Positions 50,694-64,000 of a stretch of DNA of 64,000 nucleotides are shown here, piece after piece (the first letter of the stretch is position 1; each line of letters starts with the position of its first letter). Source of the DNA: Anaeromyxobacteraceae bacterium (GTDB lineage Bacteria; Myxococcota; Myxococcia; Myxococcales; Anaeromyxobacteraceae); the NCBI GenBank assembly GCA_047602405.1, contig JASGHJ010000002.1, forward strand, positions 1,344,001 to 1,408,000. The letters are read 5' to 3'. The translations under genes were made by a program, and so were the position numbers. The notes below the pieces were generated by a model that was not told where the DNA came from, did not search any database, and was given only the letters and a program-made list of their open reading frames with translations.

Positions 50694-52827
50694 ATGGGAT
50701 CCAAGTCGCCAGCCGAGTTGCTCGAGGCCCTCGCCGCCGCCGTGGTGGAGGCCGATCCGGACGAGAAGCGCTCCGTCGACGACGTGCGCACCGCGCTCGT
50801 GATGGCCCAGGACGCCGAGGCCTTGCCCCAGGCCGTGGCCGACGAGGTGGTCGAGCTCGTGAGCGGGCTCTCGACCGACCCGGGCGACGCGCTCAGGCGG
50901 CTGGGGGAGCTGCTCGGGGAGGGCGGCGGCGCACCGAAGCCCGCGCCGCAGCTGTCGGGCGCGGCCAGCGCCTCCCGCGACGCCGAGACCATCGAGCTCA
51001 TCGGGGACTTCCTCGAGGAGGGCACCGAGGGGCTCGCCCGCGCCGACGAGATGCTGCTCGCGATCGAGAAGAGCGGCCCCGACTCGGACAAGACCCACGC
51101 GCTCTTCCGCGTGTTCCACACGATCAAGGGCGTCGCCGGCTTCCTCGAGCTCTCCGAGATCGTCTCGCTCGCGCACATCACCGAGACGCTCCTCAACCAG
51201 GTCCGCGAGGGCAAGCAGGTCCTCGAGGGCGTGGCCTTCGACGTGGTGTTCGAGTCGACCGCCGCCCTGCGCCGGCTGCTCGAGTCGCTCCGCAAGGCGG
51301 TGGACGCGCAGACCGCGCTCCACCCCGACCCCGAGGTGCCCGGCCTCGTCGCCCGCATCGAGGCGGCGATCGCGCCGGACGGCGAGGAGGGCCCGGCCTC
51401 GCAGCAACCGCCCGGCTTCGTCACGAAGAAGACCGCGGACTACTTCGTCCGCAAGCCCGCCGAGGCGGCGGCCGCGGAGGTCGGCGCGGTGGCCCCGGTG
51501 ACCCCGGCCGCGCCCGCGCTCCCGGCGGTGCCCGCCGCCCCCGCGGCCCCGACCCCGCCGTCCGCTCCCCAGGGCGCGGCGGGGCAGGGCGGTGGCTCCT
51601 CCGGCAGCGGCGAGGGTGCCCAGCTCCGCGAGACGGTCAAGGTCGATTCTCGAGCGCGTCGACTCGATGGTCGAGATGATCGGCGAGCTCATCATCGTCG
51701 AGTCGATGGTGATCCACGCCCCCGAGATCGGGAAGATCGGGTCGCTCAAGCTCCGCAACTACCTGAACCAGCTCTCCAAGATCAGCCGCGACCTGCAGAA
51801 CGTCGCGATGCGGATGCGCATGGTCCCGGTCCGCGGCGCGTTCCAGAAGATGGCGCGCCTCGTGCGCGATCTCTCCCGCAAGACCGGCAAGGACGTCGTC
51901 CTCGAGCAGTCGGGCGAGGACACCGAGATGGACCGCAGCATGGTCGAGCGCATCGAGGACCCGCTCGTCCACCTCGTGCGCAACTCGATGGACCACGGCA
52001 TCGAGTCCGCCGCCGACCGGGTCGCCGCCGGCAAGCCCGCCCGCGCCACGGTGCGCCTCTCCGCGTACCACGAGGGCGGCTCGATCGTGGTCGAGCTGAC
52101 CGACGACGGCCGCGGCCTCAACCGCGAGAAGATCCTGAAGAAGGCGGTCGAGAAGGGGCTCGTGGAGAGCGGCAAGGACCTCACCGACGCCGAGGTCCAC
52201 GCGCTGATCTTCCTGCCCGGCTTCTCCACCGCCGCCCAGGTCACCGAGATCTCCGGCCGCGGCGTCGGCATGGACGTCGTGAAGCGGAACATCGAGGGCA
52301 TGCGCGGCCGCGTCACCGTCACCTCGCGGCCGGGGCAGGGCACCACCTTCCGGATGGTGCTGCCCCTCACGCTCGCGATCATCGACGGCATGCTGGTCGC
52401 CTGCGGGACCGAGAAGTACATCGTGCCCAGCCTCTCGATCGTCGAGTCGCTGCGCCCGACCGAGGACATGATCTCCCGGGCCGCCGGGCGCGGCGAGATC
52501 ATCAACGTGCGCGGCGAGATCCTCCCGCTCCTGCGCCTGCACCAGCTCCTCCAGATGACCGGCGAGGAGCGGGCGGTCACCGACTCCCACGTGGTGGTGG
52601 TCGAGGGGCTCGGCAAGAAGGTGGGCCTCGTCGTCGACGACGTCCTCACCCAGCAGCAGGTCGTCATCAAGCCGCTCGGCAGCGGCATGGGCGACACCGA
52701 CTTCCTCTCCGGCGCGGCGATCCTCTCCGACGGGCGCGTCGGCCTGATCCTCAACGTGGACCGGCTCGCGATCCTCGCCTCGCTGAGCGGCAGCCGCGCC
52801 CGCGAGGCCCGCGCCGTGGGCGCCTGA
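50694..52827 (+). CDS. cheA: Chemotaxis kinase CheA; apparent frameshift at 51645-51649
   Basis: Hpt LFRVFHTIKG. Correction restores KVDLERVDS...GELII, HLVRNSMDHG, SGRGVGMDVV and the CheW domain. Confidence 0.95.
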
Positions 52828-52837
52828 CGGGGCGACC

Positions 52838-53653
52838 ATGGAAGCCGAGACCTTCCAGGCCTTCCAGGAGCTCGCCTACTCGAAGGCGGGGATCTTCCTC
52901 CGCCAGGGGAAGGCGGCGCTCGTCCAGGCGCGGCTCGCGAAGCGGCTGCGGGAGCTCGGCCTCGGCAGCGAGCGCGAGTACCTCGGGCGGCTCAAGGGCG
53001 AGGGCGGCGACGAGGAGCTCGTGCTCTTCCTCGACGCCATCTCCACCAACTTCACCAAGTTCTTTCGAGAGAACGACCACTTCGAGTCGCTGAAGGAGCA
53101 CGTCTCGGCCCTGCGCAAGGCCGGCCAGCGCCGCTTCCGCTTCTGGTCCTCGGCCTGCTCGTCGGGCGAGGAGCCGTATACCGCCGCGATGGTCCTCGAC
53201 CCGATCCTCGAGGGCTGCGACTGGAAGATCCTCGCCACCGACATCTCCACCCGCGTGCTCGCCCGGGCCGCGGACGGCGTCTACAACGAGGAGGAGATGG
53301 AGCCGGTGGCCGAGCCGCTCCGGCAGCGGTTCTTCCAGCTCGCGCCCGCAGGCGGCGATGGCGCGCGGCGGTACGAGGTGAAGCAGAAGCTCAAGGAGCG
53401 GATCGTCTTCCGCCGGCTCAACCTCGCGGCGCGCCCGTACCCGATGAGCGGCCCGCTCGACACGATCTTCTGCCGGAACGTGATGATCTACTTCGACCGG
53501 CCCATGCGCGAGGGGCTGGTGCGGGAGTTCGAGCGGCTGCTCAGGCCGGGGTCGCCGCTCTACATCGGCCACTCCGAGACCCTGAACGGCATCCCCACGC
53601 GGCTGCGGACCGAGCGTCCCTCGATCTACCGGCAGCCCGAGGAGGCGCGGTGA
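52838..53653 (+). CDS. cheR: Chemotaxis methyltransferase CheR
   Basis: TNFTKFFRE, WSSACSSGEEPY, ATDIS, FCRNVMIYF, GHSE. Confidence 0.96.
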   Translation: MEAETFQAFQELAYSKAGIFLRQGKAALVQARLAKRLRELGLGSEREYLGRLKGEGGDEELVLFLDAISTNFTKFFRENDHFESLKEHVSALRKAGQRRFRFWSSACSSGEEPYTAAMVLDPILEGCDWKILATDISTRVLARAADGVYNEEEMEPVAEPLRQRFFQLAPAGGDGARRYEVKQKLKERIVFRRLNLAARPYPMSGPLDTIFCRNVMIYFDRPMREGLVREFERLLRPGSPLYIGHSETLNGIPTRLRTERPSIYRQPEEAR

Positions 53654-54129
53654 ACCTCATCACGGTCGGCATCGGCGGCCTCGAGGTGAGCGACGACCGG
53701 GGGTCGGTCATCATCACGCACGGCCTGGGGTCCTGCATCGCGGTGGTGCTCTACGACCCGATCCGCAAGGCGGGCGGGATGCTGCACTTCCAGCTCCCCG
53801 CCGCGCAGCTCTCGCCCGAGCGCGCCCGGCAGTCGCCGGGGACCTTCGCGGACACCGGGATCCCGCTGCTCTTCGAGAAGATGTATGCCCTGGGCAGCCA
53901 GAAGCGGAACATCGTGGTGAAGGCGGCCGGGGGCGGTAACTTCCACGGGGACTCGGGCACCTTCGACATCGGGAAGCGGAATCACACGACGATGCGGAAG
54001 ATCTTCTGGAAGGCGCAGGTGCTGGTCGCCGCCGAGGACGTGGGCGGCAACCGGTCGCGCACGGTCCGGCTGTTCCTGGACACCGGGCAGGTGACGGTCC
54101 AGTCCGGTTCCGAGGTCTTTCCGCTGTGA
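53650..54129 (+). CDS. cheD: Chemoreceptor glutamine deamidase CheD
   Basis: GLGSCIAV, GGMLHFQLP, IGKRN, EDVGG. Confidence 0.94.
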   Translation: MNLITVGIGGLEVSDDRGSVIITHGLGSCIAVVLYDPIRKAGGMLHFQLPAAQLSPERARQSPGTFADTGIPLLFEKMYALGSQKRNIVVKAAGGGNFHGDSGTFDIGKRNHTTMRKIFWKAQVLVAAEDVGGNRSRTVRLFLDTGQVTVQSGSEVFPL

Positions 54130-54545
54130 GCAGTGGTGCGGAGGCGAACGTGGCTCTCGACTTGCTGATCGTGGACGACTCGCCGGTGACGCGGAAGATG
54201 GTCCGCCGTGCCGTGGGCCTGGCGGGGCTGGAGATCGCGACGGTGCACGAGGCCGGCAACGGCCAGGAGGCCCTCGCGCAGCTCCAGCAGCACCGCGTGG
54301 ACCTGGTGCTCGCGGACATCAACATGCCGGTGATGAACGGCATGGAGCTCGTGGAGCGCATGAGCCAGGACCCGGGCCTCTCGAAGGTGCCGGTGGTCAT
54401 CGTGGCGACGCCCATGAGCGAGCAGCGCGTGGAGCGGCTCCTCGACATCGGGGCGCGCGCGTACCTCGCGAAGCCGTTCCGCCCCGAGGCCCTGCGCGAT
54501 CTCGTGGTGGAGATCCTGGGAGAGAAGGGGAACGCCCATGCATGA
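54126..54545 (+). CDS. cheY: CheY-like response regulator
   Basis: LIVDDS, ADINMP, KPF. Confidence 0.85.
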   Translation: MSSGAEANVALDLLIVDDSPVTRKMVRRAVGLAGLEIATVHEAGNGQEALAQLQQHRVDLVLADINMPVMNGMELVERMSQDPGLSKVPVVIVATPMSEQRVERLLDIGARAYLAKPFRPEALRDLVVEILGEKGNAHA

Positions 54546-55005
54546 GCCCACCCCGGACTTGCTCGCCGACGTCCTCGGGAGCGTGCTCCAGGACTCGGCC
54601 TTCATCTTCGCCGAGCCGGTGGACGAGCCCGAGCCGTTCGAGGCGCAGGTGTGCGCGGCCGAGCTCGCGTTCGACTCGGTGCGCGGCGGCGTGCTCCGCC
54701 TCGTCACGACCCCCCGCGGCTGCGTCGAGATCGCCGCCAACATGCTGGGGCTCGACGCCTCGGACCCGGAGGCCCAGGAGCAGGCCCGCCCCGCCCTCGC
54801 CGAGGTCCTGAACGTGGTCGGCGGCGCCTTCGTCACCCGCTTCTTCGGGACCAAGGTGCCGAGCCAGCTCGGGCTGCCCGCCACCCAGGTGCTCGACCGG
54901 CTCACCGAGCGGCGGCGCACCTGCGTGACCGTGCTCCGGCTCGAGAGCGGCGACCCGGTGATGCTCGAGCTCGACCTCGAGCCCGCCGCGCAGGCGCTGG
55001 CGTAG
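54538..55005 (+). CDS. cheX: CheX-like protein
   Basis: EIAANMLG, ALAEVLNVVGG, LGLP. Confidence 0.7.
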   Translation: MHEPTPDLLADVLGSVLQDSAFIFAEPVDEPEPFEAQVCAAELAFDSVRGGVLRLVTTPRGCVEIAANMLGLDASDPEAQEQARPALAEVLNVVGGAFVTRFFGTKVPSQLGLPATQVLDRLTERRRTCVTVLRLESGDPVMLELDLEPAAQALA

Positions 55006-55047
55006 CGCCCGGGGCCGGGCCGCCGGCCGCGCGCCGGGCCCGGGACC

Positions 55048-57322
55048 TCACCCCGCCGCGCCCGTGCGCACCACCCGGGCGAGCGTCGCCTGGAGCTCGG
55101 CGAGCGTGAACGGCTTCGCGAGCTTGGGCTGCGGTGCCGCCTCGAGCGCCTCCACGAGCTCGGCGCCGAACGCGCCACCGGTCATGAAGACGAACCGCCG
55201 CGCGACCCCCGGTACGCGCGCCTCGAGCGCCCGCGCGAGGGCGAGCCCGTCGAGCTCCGGCATCATCACGTCGCAGAGGATCGCGTCGAACCTCGCCCCG
55301 GCCGCGAGCAGGTCGAGGGCCGCCCGGGACGACGAGAGCGTGGTCACCTCGTGGTCGGAGGCGAGGAGCCGGGTGAGCGCGCTCGCCGCGAGCGGCTCGT
55401 CGTCCACCACCAGGACCTTCGGGCGCACCGCGGGAACGGGGCGCGGCGGCGTGACGGCGACCCGCGCCGGGGCGGCCTCCCCGGCGTGGGCGGGGAGGGT
55501 CACGCGGAAGGTGGAGCCGCGCCCCTCGGCGCTCTCGACCGAGATGGTGCCGCCGGCCGCGGTCACGATGGCGTGGCAGATCGAGAGGCCGAGCCCCATG
55601 CCCTCGCCGACGCCGCGGGTGGTGAAGAACGGGTCGAAGATCCGCTGCCGGAGCTCGTCGGACATCCCGCGGCCGTTGTCGGAGACCTCCAGCACCGCGA
55701 GGCCCGGCTCCTCGCGCGTGACCACCCGGATCTCGTTCCGATCGGACGGCGCCGCGGGGAGCGCCTGGCTGGCGTTCACGAGGAGGTTGATGACGACCTG
55801 GCCGAGCTTCGCCTCGGCGACGAGCACCGCCGGGGCGCGGCCGAGCGCCCGGATCACCCGCGCGCGGTGGCGGAGCTGGTTGCCGGTGACCCGCAGCGCG
55901 AACTCCACCGCGTCCTCGAGCCGGGTGGGCGCGTCGGGCTCGCCGCGCTCGCCGCGGCTGAAGAGGCTCAGGTCCCGCACGAGCAGGCGGATGCGCTCGG
56001 CTCCCATCACCGCCTCGTCGAGCGCGCGCAGCACCTCGGCGTGCGCCTCGTCGGGCGCGGCGCCCTCCTGCGGCTCCAGGCGCTGCCGCACGAAGGAGAG
56101 GTTGGACAGCACGAACGCGAGCGGGTTGTTGATCTCGTGCGCCATCCCCGCCGCCATCGTCCCGAGCGCGGCCATCCGCTCGGTGAGCATGAGGCGGGCC
56201 TCGAGCGCGCGGCGCTGGCCGACGTCCTGGTGCAGGGCCACCACGCCGAGCAGGGCGCCGTCCTCGCCGGTGAGCGGGACCGCCACGACCTCGACGTCGA
56301 GGGGGCGGCCGTCGGCGGCGCGCAGGCGGACGTGGCGGGTGACGCGCCCCTCGTCGCGAACGGCCTCGACGAGGTCGAGGGTGTAGTCCCCGGTCTCGGC
56401 GACCTCGAGCAGGGACTCGAGCCGCTTCCCGACCGCCTCCGCCCGGGGGACGCCGAAGAGCCGCGCGGCCGCGGGGTTCCAGTCGGCGATCGCGCCCTCG
56501 AGATCGAGCACCACCGCGCCGTCGGAGAGGCTCTCGAACATGAGCGCCTGGCGCCGGAGCTGCTGCTCGATGGACTTGCGGTGGGTGACGTCCTGCACGG
56601 TCCCCGCGACGCGCGGCGGCCCCTCGTCGGACGCCGCGAGGGCCTGGCCGTGCAGCCAGGCCCAGGCCTCGGGCTGACCGGGCGCCCGCAGGCGGATTCT
56701 CGAGGTGGAGCGCCTCGCCGCCCGGGGTCGCCCGGACGAGGGCCTGCCGCAGGCGCGGCCGGTCCTCCGCCGCCACGAGCTCCCACGCGTCGCGGCCGCC
56801 CGTGGGCAGCGGCGCCCCGGCGATCCGCCACGCCTCGTGGGAGAGGACGAACGCGTCGGAGGAGGCCTCCCACTCGAAGGTGCCCACGCCGCCGGCGGCC
56901 ACCGCCTGGCGCAGCCGGATCTCGCTGTCGTCGGGCTGCGAGCGGAGCGAGAAGCGCAGCACCGTCCCGGTGCCGATCTGGACGCGGTCGCCCTCGCCGA
57001 GCGGCGCGGTCGACACGCGCAGGCCGTTCACGAACGTCCCGTTCAGGGAGCCGAGGTCGGTGATGACGTACCCGCCGCCGGGCTGGCGGTCCACCCGCGC
57101 GTGCCGGCGGGACACGCCCGTGTCGTCGAGCGCGATGCCGACGGCGCGGTCGCGCCCGAGCACCACGTCGTCGCCGTCGAGGTGGTGGACGCGACCGATG
57201 GCGCCCGCGAGCGGGGAGGCGATCACCACGAGGCACGGGCGCGCCTCCGCCCGGACCCGGGGCGACGGGGTGGCGTCGTCCGCGTCCGTGGAGCCGACCT
57301 GCGTCCTGTCGCGCTCGTCCAT
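55048..57322 (-). CDS. FHA-PAS-PAS-HisKA-HATPase-REC hybrid kinase; apparent frameshift at 56695-56699
   Basis: FHA motifs LGR, GVSRRHA, SLNGTFVNG; PAS motifs GTFEW and WNPAAARLFG; AHEINNPL; CDVMMP. Correction gives HLEIRL. Confidence 0.88.
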
Positions 57323-57556
57323 GCCGGACCGAGCGTAGCGGCTCCGCGCGCCGGAGCAAACCCACGTTCCCCCGATGTTCCCCTGTGGGTGAAGCGCCGA
57401 TGGAGACCGACAGTGCACGTCTCACCGGCGCTCGCGCGCGCGGGCTCGCCGCGGCGGTGCCGGTCTCGGGCGGGAGGGTGCGGCGCTCCGCGCGCCCGTG
57501 GCGCCGCGGTGCCCACCCGTACGGAACGGGACGGTCGGCGCCCCTCGGGGCGGCGC

Positions 57557-61508
<3,952 letters not shown>

Positions 61509-61532
61509 CGAGGCCTCCGGTGCGCCCGGGCG

Positions 61533-62081
61533 CTAGTTCGTGGTGGCCCGGTTGAGCTCCCGGACCTCGTCGTTCGAGAGGATGCGGGCGATGTCGAGCA
61601 GGAACACGATGCGCTTCTCGTGCTTGCCGACGCCGAGGATGAAGTCGTCCTCGATGGCCGCGTGGCCGAGCGAGGGGGCGGGCTCGATCTGGGCGGCGTC
61701 GATGGTGAGCACCTCGAGCACCTGGTCGACGAGGAGGCCCATGGTGAGGGGGCGGCCGTCGACCGTGCACTGGACCACGATGATGACGGTCTGGTCGGTG
61801 GCCTCGCAGGCCTGCATCCCGAACTTCAGGCGCAGGTCGACGACGGGGATCACCTTGCCGCGCAGGTTGATGACGCCGCGGATGAAGTCGCGGGTGCGGG
61901 GCACCCGGGTGATCTCCATGAGCCCGATGATCTCGCGCACCTTGAGGATCTCGAGGCCGTACTCCTCGCGGGCGAGCTGGAAGGTCATGTACTTGCCGGC
62001 GAGGCGGCGGCCGAGCTCGGCGGCGCGGCTCTCCTGGCCGGCGGTGGCGCTCTGGGGGGCCGTCACGGTTTCCTGGTTCAC
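61533..62081 (-). CDS. cheW: CheW
   Basis: YGLEILKVREII, GVINLRGKVIPVVDLR. Confidence 0.96.
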   Translation of the reverse strand: MNQETVTAPQSATAGQESRAAELGRRLAGKYMTFQLAREEYGLEILKVREIIGLMEITRVPRTRDFIRGVINLRGKVIPVVDLRLKFGMQACEATDQTVIIVVQCTVDGRPLTMGLLVDQVLEVLTIDAAQIEPAPSLGHAAIEDDFILGVGKHEKRIVFLLDIARILSNDEVRELNRATTN

Positions 62082-62139
62082 GGTGTCTCCTCCTGCCCGG
62101 GGCCGGTTCGGTGCGGCGCTCGGGGGCGTGGACCCCTAG

Positions 62140-62155
62140 AGCAGGCGACGTGCCA
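62140..62155 (-). promoter_or_regulatory. Sigma54 promoter of cheW-mcp-cheB
   Basis: Minus strand TGGCACGTCGCCTGCT. Confidence 0.7.
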
Positions 62156-62296
62156 CGTGCGCTCCGGGCTCGCCCGTGCAACCCCGCGAGAATCGGGGCG
62201 TTTAAGGTGGGTGCCTGCCGCGGGCCGCCGGGTGCGCGAGGGTCCGGATCAACCCGGGTCGGGGGCGGGACACACCGAACCGCCCGCGCGGGTTCC

Positions 62297-63073
62297 CTAC
62301 TGCAGGCCCGCGCCCAGCATGTCGTCGCCCGGCTCGATCTCGATGACGAGCTCGATGCGACGGTTCTTCGCGCGCCCCGCCTCCGAGTCGCCGTCGGTGA
62401 GCGGGTGCGAGGAGCCGAGGCCGACCGCGGAGAGGAGCTGCGGGCGGGCGTGGTGCGCCGCCTCGACGTAGCTCACCACCGTCGCGGCCCGGGCCGCGGA
62501 GAGGTCCCAGTTGTTCCGCCAGCGGTCGCCGCCGACCGGCGTCTCGTCGGTGTGGCCCTCGACGCGCAGCTGCTTCTGCAGCGGCACGAGCTCGGCCGCG
62601 ATGGCGTCGAGGATCGGGAGCGCCTGGGGCCGGAGCACCGCCTGGCCGGCGTCGAAGAACTCGGTCGCCGCGAGGCGCACGGTGAGGCGCCGCCCCTCGA
62701 CCAGGATCGACACCGCCGCCTGCTGCTGCTGCTCGATCACGAAGGGGCGGATCCGCTTCTCGAGCTTCTTGCGGAGGTTCTCGATCTGCTTCTTCTCGGG
62801 GTCGGGGTTCTGCGAGCCCGACTTGAGCGCGGGGCCGCCGCCCTCGGAGGGCGGCCCGTCGAAGATGGGCAGCGCGCCGGTGCCGCCGGTGCCGGCCATG
62901 TGCATGGCCCACTTGATGGAGTCGGCGGCCTGGGTCAGCCGCTTGTTGTCCACGCGGGAGACCGCGTACATGACGACGAAGAACGCGAACAGGAGCGTCA
63001 TGAAGTCCGCGTACGAGACGAGCCAGCGCTCGTGGTTCTCGTGCTCCTCGTGCTTGTGCTTCTTCTTCGACAT
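62297..63073 (-). CDS. motB: Flagellar stator MotB
   Basis: WLVSYADFMTLLFAFF, VEGHTD, NWDLSAARA, NRRIE. Confidence 0.96.
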   Translation of the reverse strand: MSKKKHKHEEHENHERWLVSYADFMTLLFAFFVVMYAVSRVDNKRLTQAADSIKWAMHMAGTGGTGALPIFDGPPSEGGGPALKSGSQNPDPEKKQIENLRKKLEKRIRPFVIEQQQQAAVSILVEGRRLTVRLAATEFFDAGQAVLRPQALPILDAIAAELVPLQKQLRVEGHTDETPVGGDRWRNNWDLSAARAATVVSYVEAAHHARPQLLSAVGLGSSHPLTDGDSEAGRAKNRRIELVIEIEPGDDMLGAGLQ

Positions 63074-63081
63074 GCGCGTCC

Positions 63082-63861
63082 CTAGGCCGCCTTCTTCTTC
63101 TCGTCCTCGCCGCCGCCCTCTTCGCCCGTCCAGGCCCGCAGCTTCTCCTCGAGCACGCGCGGGTTGATGCCCTCCTGGATCGACAGCACGCCCTCGGCGA
63201 TGAGCGTCTTGCGCTCCTTCTCGGCGGTGAGCTTGCGCTTGATCTTGTTGGCGAAGGGCAGGAAGAAGATGTTCGCCGCGCCGACGCCGTAGATGGTGGC
63301 CACGAAGGCCGTCGCGATGCCGCCGCCCAGCTTCGACGGGTCGTTCAGGTTCTCCATCACGTGGATGAGGCCGAGCACGGCGCCGAGGATGCCGATGGTC
63401 GGCGCGAAGCCGCCCGCGGTCTCCCAGACCTTCGCGCCGATCTGGTTCTCCTCGAAGTCGGCCTCGATGGCGGCCTCGAGCGTGTCGCGGGTCACGCTCG
63501 CGTCCACGCCGTCCACCACGAACTGCAGCGCCCGGCGGAGGAAGGGGTCGGAGACCTCGGCGAGCTTGCCCTCGAGCGCGAGCACGCCGTCGCGGCGGGC
63601 GACGCCCGCGTACTCGACGATCTGCTTCGCGAGCGGGGCGAGCTCGATCTTCGGGCTCTTGAACGCGAGCCCGAGGTTCCTCATGCCGACCTTCAGGTCG
63701 TGCATCGGGTAGGCGACCATCACGGCGCCGGTGGTGCCGCCGAAGATGATCAGCGCGGCGGTGGCCTGGAGGATCGAGCCGATGTGGCCGCCCTCGAGGT
63801 GCTGCCCGAGGAGGATCAGGCCGAGCGCGACGACGACGCCGCCGATGGTGGCGAGATCCAT
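63082..63861 (-). CDS. motA: Flagellar stator MotA
   Basis: ARRDGVLALE, GGFAPTIGILGAVLGLI, AFVATIYG. Confidence 0.96.
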   Translation of the reverse strand: MDLATIGGVVVALGLILLGQHLEGGHIGSILQATAALIIFGGTTGAVMVAYPMHDLKVGMRNLGLAFKSPKIELAPLAKQIVEYAGVARRDGVLALEGKLAEVSDPFLRRALQFVVDGVDASVTRDTLEAAIEADFEENQIGAKVWETAGGFAPTIGILGAVLGLIHVMENLNDPSKLGGGIATAFVATIYGVGAANIFFLPFANKIKRKLTAEKERKTLIAEGVLSIQEGINPRVLEEKLRAWTGEEGGGEDEKKKAA

Positions 63862-63864
63862 GGC

Positions 63865-64000
63865 TCACTCCTCCGGCGGCGTCGCCGGCCCGGGCGCCGG
63901 GGGCGCCGGGCGCGGGAACGGGACGACGTCGCCGGGGCCCTTGCGCTCGGGTCCGGCGAAGCAGCGCCGCTTGTAGGCCACGGTACGTTCCACCACCACC
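63865..64000 (-). CDS. flbD: FlbD-family flagellar protein, 3' end (truncated by window edge)
   Basis: Minus frame VVVERTVAYKRR...PEE-stop directly upstream of motA, the typical position and C-terminal motif for FlbD. Confidence 0.65.
   Translation of the reverse strand, partial: VVVERTVAYKRRCFAGPERKGPGDVVPFPRPAPPAPGPATPPEE

Noticed and set aside
8290..57322. Frameshifted genes as true pseudogenes or programmed frameshifts
   Set aside because: The indels coincide with GATC, both halves are otherwise intact, and no slippery heptamers are present. Sequencing error is more parsimonious.

Overview
Very GC-rich bacterial DNA. Gene content points to an Anaeromyxobacter-like Myxococcota genome: a globin-coupled histidine kinase closely resembling AfGcHK with its dual-receiver regulator, plus flagellar and chemotaxis genes. 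Roughly 1-16.6 kb is a signalling/stress region (HEAT and HD-GYP-like proteins, three CBS proteins, DksA/TraR finger, radical SAM protein, sigma54 activator, O2-sensing kinase operon, USP, TatA, Fnr-like regulator, S9 peptidase, GT2-TPR glycosyltransferase, CBM-esterase). Roughly 16.7-64 kb is a large flagellar and chemotaxis cluster (two flagellins, fliD/S/T, flgA/F-N, fliA, flhABFG, fliL-R, cheA/B/D/R/W/Y/X-like, MCP, motAB, flbD) with recognisable sigma54 and sigma28 promoters. Main novelties: (1) an inverted pair of ~307-bp non-coding elements at 5677-6369 whose stems show compensatory base changes, a candidate unannotated structured RNA or ssDNA element; (2) a 706-aa protein resembling a catalytically degenerate class I adenylate cyclase between flgL and fliC; (3) seven frameshifts that all fall on GATC read as GATTC/GAATC, suggesting sequencing error at a methylated motif rather than pseudogenes; (4) a hairpin conserved in both flagellin leaders. 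No tRNA, rRNA, CRISPR array or transposase was recognised. All assignments come from motif reading and recalled family knowledge; no database search was run.
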